Origin: Klebsormidium nitens
Lineage: Eukaryota > Plantae > Klebsormidiophyceae
DNA: 64,000 nt
Direction of reading: 5' to 3'
Assembly (NCBI GenBank): GCA_000708835.1
Contig: DF237165.1
Location: 62,001 to 126,000 of the forward strand
Of this stretch, positions 63,201 to 64,000 are shown piece after piece. The notes under the pieces are model-generated. The model worked only from the letters and a program-made list of their open reading frames with translations. It did not search any database and had not been told where the DNA came from. The first letter of the stretch is position 1. Every line of letters begins with the position of its first letter. The translations under genes were made by a program, and so were the position numbers.

Positions 63201-63867
63201 TTCGCTGGTGGCTGTTTCCACCAGCGCATCTGGCAGCCGTTCCGCCAGGTGTGAATAAGGAACAACCACGTCCTTCTCCAGACTCGCCTGCAACCAAGTG
63301 ATAAGCAAGGCTTGTTCTCCATTTGCTTGGAGTCCAAAGTCAGCTCGTGAAGACAGTACGAACAGTCGGGAACGGCTTTCGTCAGACGGAATCGCAGCGT
63401 GCTGATGAAGTCGCTGACTGTTTCCACCTGAAATGAACGTTTGAAGTTGGCGTGCAAAAGAGGGGAAGTCGTCTGACTCTTCTTGAGAATTCGCGCGCAT
63501 GAATAGGAAGATGGATGGTTGGCGGCTTCCATATAACGCCGTCCTGACTGTTTCTGTACTTGGCATAAGCTCGACACAAAAGTATTTCGAAGTTGCGCAA
63601 ACAGACCGATGCCGCATCTCAGGAAGCTGCCCTTTCCCCAATCTTGCGTCAAGCGGTCTCTTGGTTTCCTGAGTTCCTGCAAAGCAAGCTTTCTCGTACC
63701 TCCCACGAAAAGCGGAAGCCGAAGTCGACCACTAGGTTGGTACATTGTGCGGTAAATGAGCTGAGCATGCTCATGAGCGCCATCGGATGAACGGCCAGCA
63801 TCACGTGGTCGATGCCGCCGGACGCCTGCCACGGCTCCTGCTGCTCGAGCCAATCCCGGAGCTCCAC
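60282..63867 (-). CDS. Exostosin-family (GT47, ARAD-like) glycosyltransferase, 3' portion; 5' exons lie beyond the window; one acceptor is non-canonical
   Basis: Exons (minus strand): 63867-63700 ([17 protein letters not shown]...VVDFG), 63287-63144 (KDVVVPY...LLFFAG), 62531-62385 ([15 protein letters not shown]...SKFCL), 61950-61832 ([35 protein letters not shown]), 61458-61344, 60476-60282 (FEY....IWREV; stop TGA). Phases are consistent. The acceptor at 61952-61951 reads AT instead of AG. Confidence 0.85.
61095..62938. repeat. Dispersed ~125-bp repeat, two same-orientation copies (~61095-61218 and ~62812-62938) in two different introns of the GT47 gene
   Basis: Shared core agctcc.gtgcagaaagcgt.ag.gctcagtcaat.gg..gagcttg.gagtct...tttcgttcgacaacctgcgcttc.ttctacccaaatcc. 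Confidence 0.85.
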
Positions 63868-64000
63868 CTGGAGGCACGTGGCAGCCATCAGTGGTCACAA
63901 TGTCCATGTTTGATCGGTCAAAAGCGGTTGAAGGAGTCAGACAACACCTTTGACATCACAATCAAGGATCGCCCAAACATTTTGGGAGCGACCCAAAAGT

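Noticed and set aside
1-64000. rRNA, tRNA, CRISPR arrays, transposase or reverse-transcriptase genes
   Set aside because: No diagnostic sequences or motifs were seen. The short tandem repeats lack unique spacers.

Overview
Eukaryotic, intron-rich nuclear DNA with GC-rich exons and introns of about 0.2-1.1 kb. Plant-type gene families on a compact algal gene structure suggest a streptophyte alga (Klebsormidium-like; this is inference). I assembled all gene models by hand from splice signals and frame continuity. In order: (1) a stand-alone FAD oxidoreductase resembling the N-terminal domain of plant cyclopropane fatty-acid synthases (+, 7568-11918); (2) a 17-exon LRR receptor-like kinase (-, 14009-22249); (3) a diverged, 3'-truncated copy of a GNOM/GBF1 ARF-GEF (+, 18 open exons, 23364-32634); (4) a long disordered region plus a USP53/54-type deubiquitinase domain (+, 32871-43155); (5) the complete 26-exon GNOM-like gene (+, 44184-59325); (6) the 3' part of a GT47/exostosin glycosyltransferase (-, 60282 to beyond 63867). 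The main finding is that (3) can splice in frame into (4), predicting a ~2576-aa ARF-GEF-deubiquitinase chimera with an altered Sec7 motif 2, next to its intact parent gene. The fusion is a prediction and needs transcript evidence. The first ~6 kb could not be assigned to any gene. No rRNA, tRNA, CRISPR array or recognisable autonomous mobile element was found.
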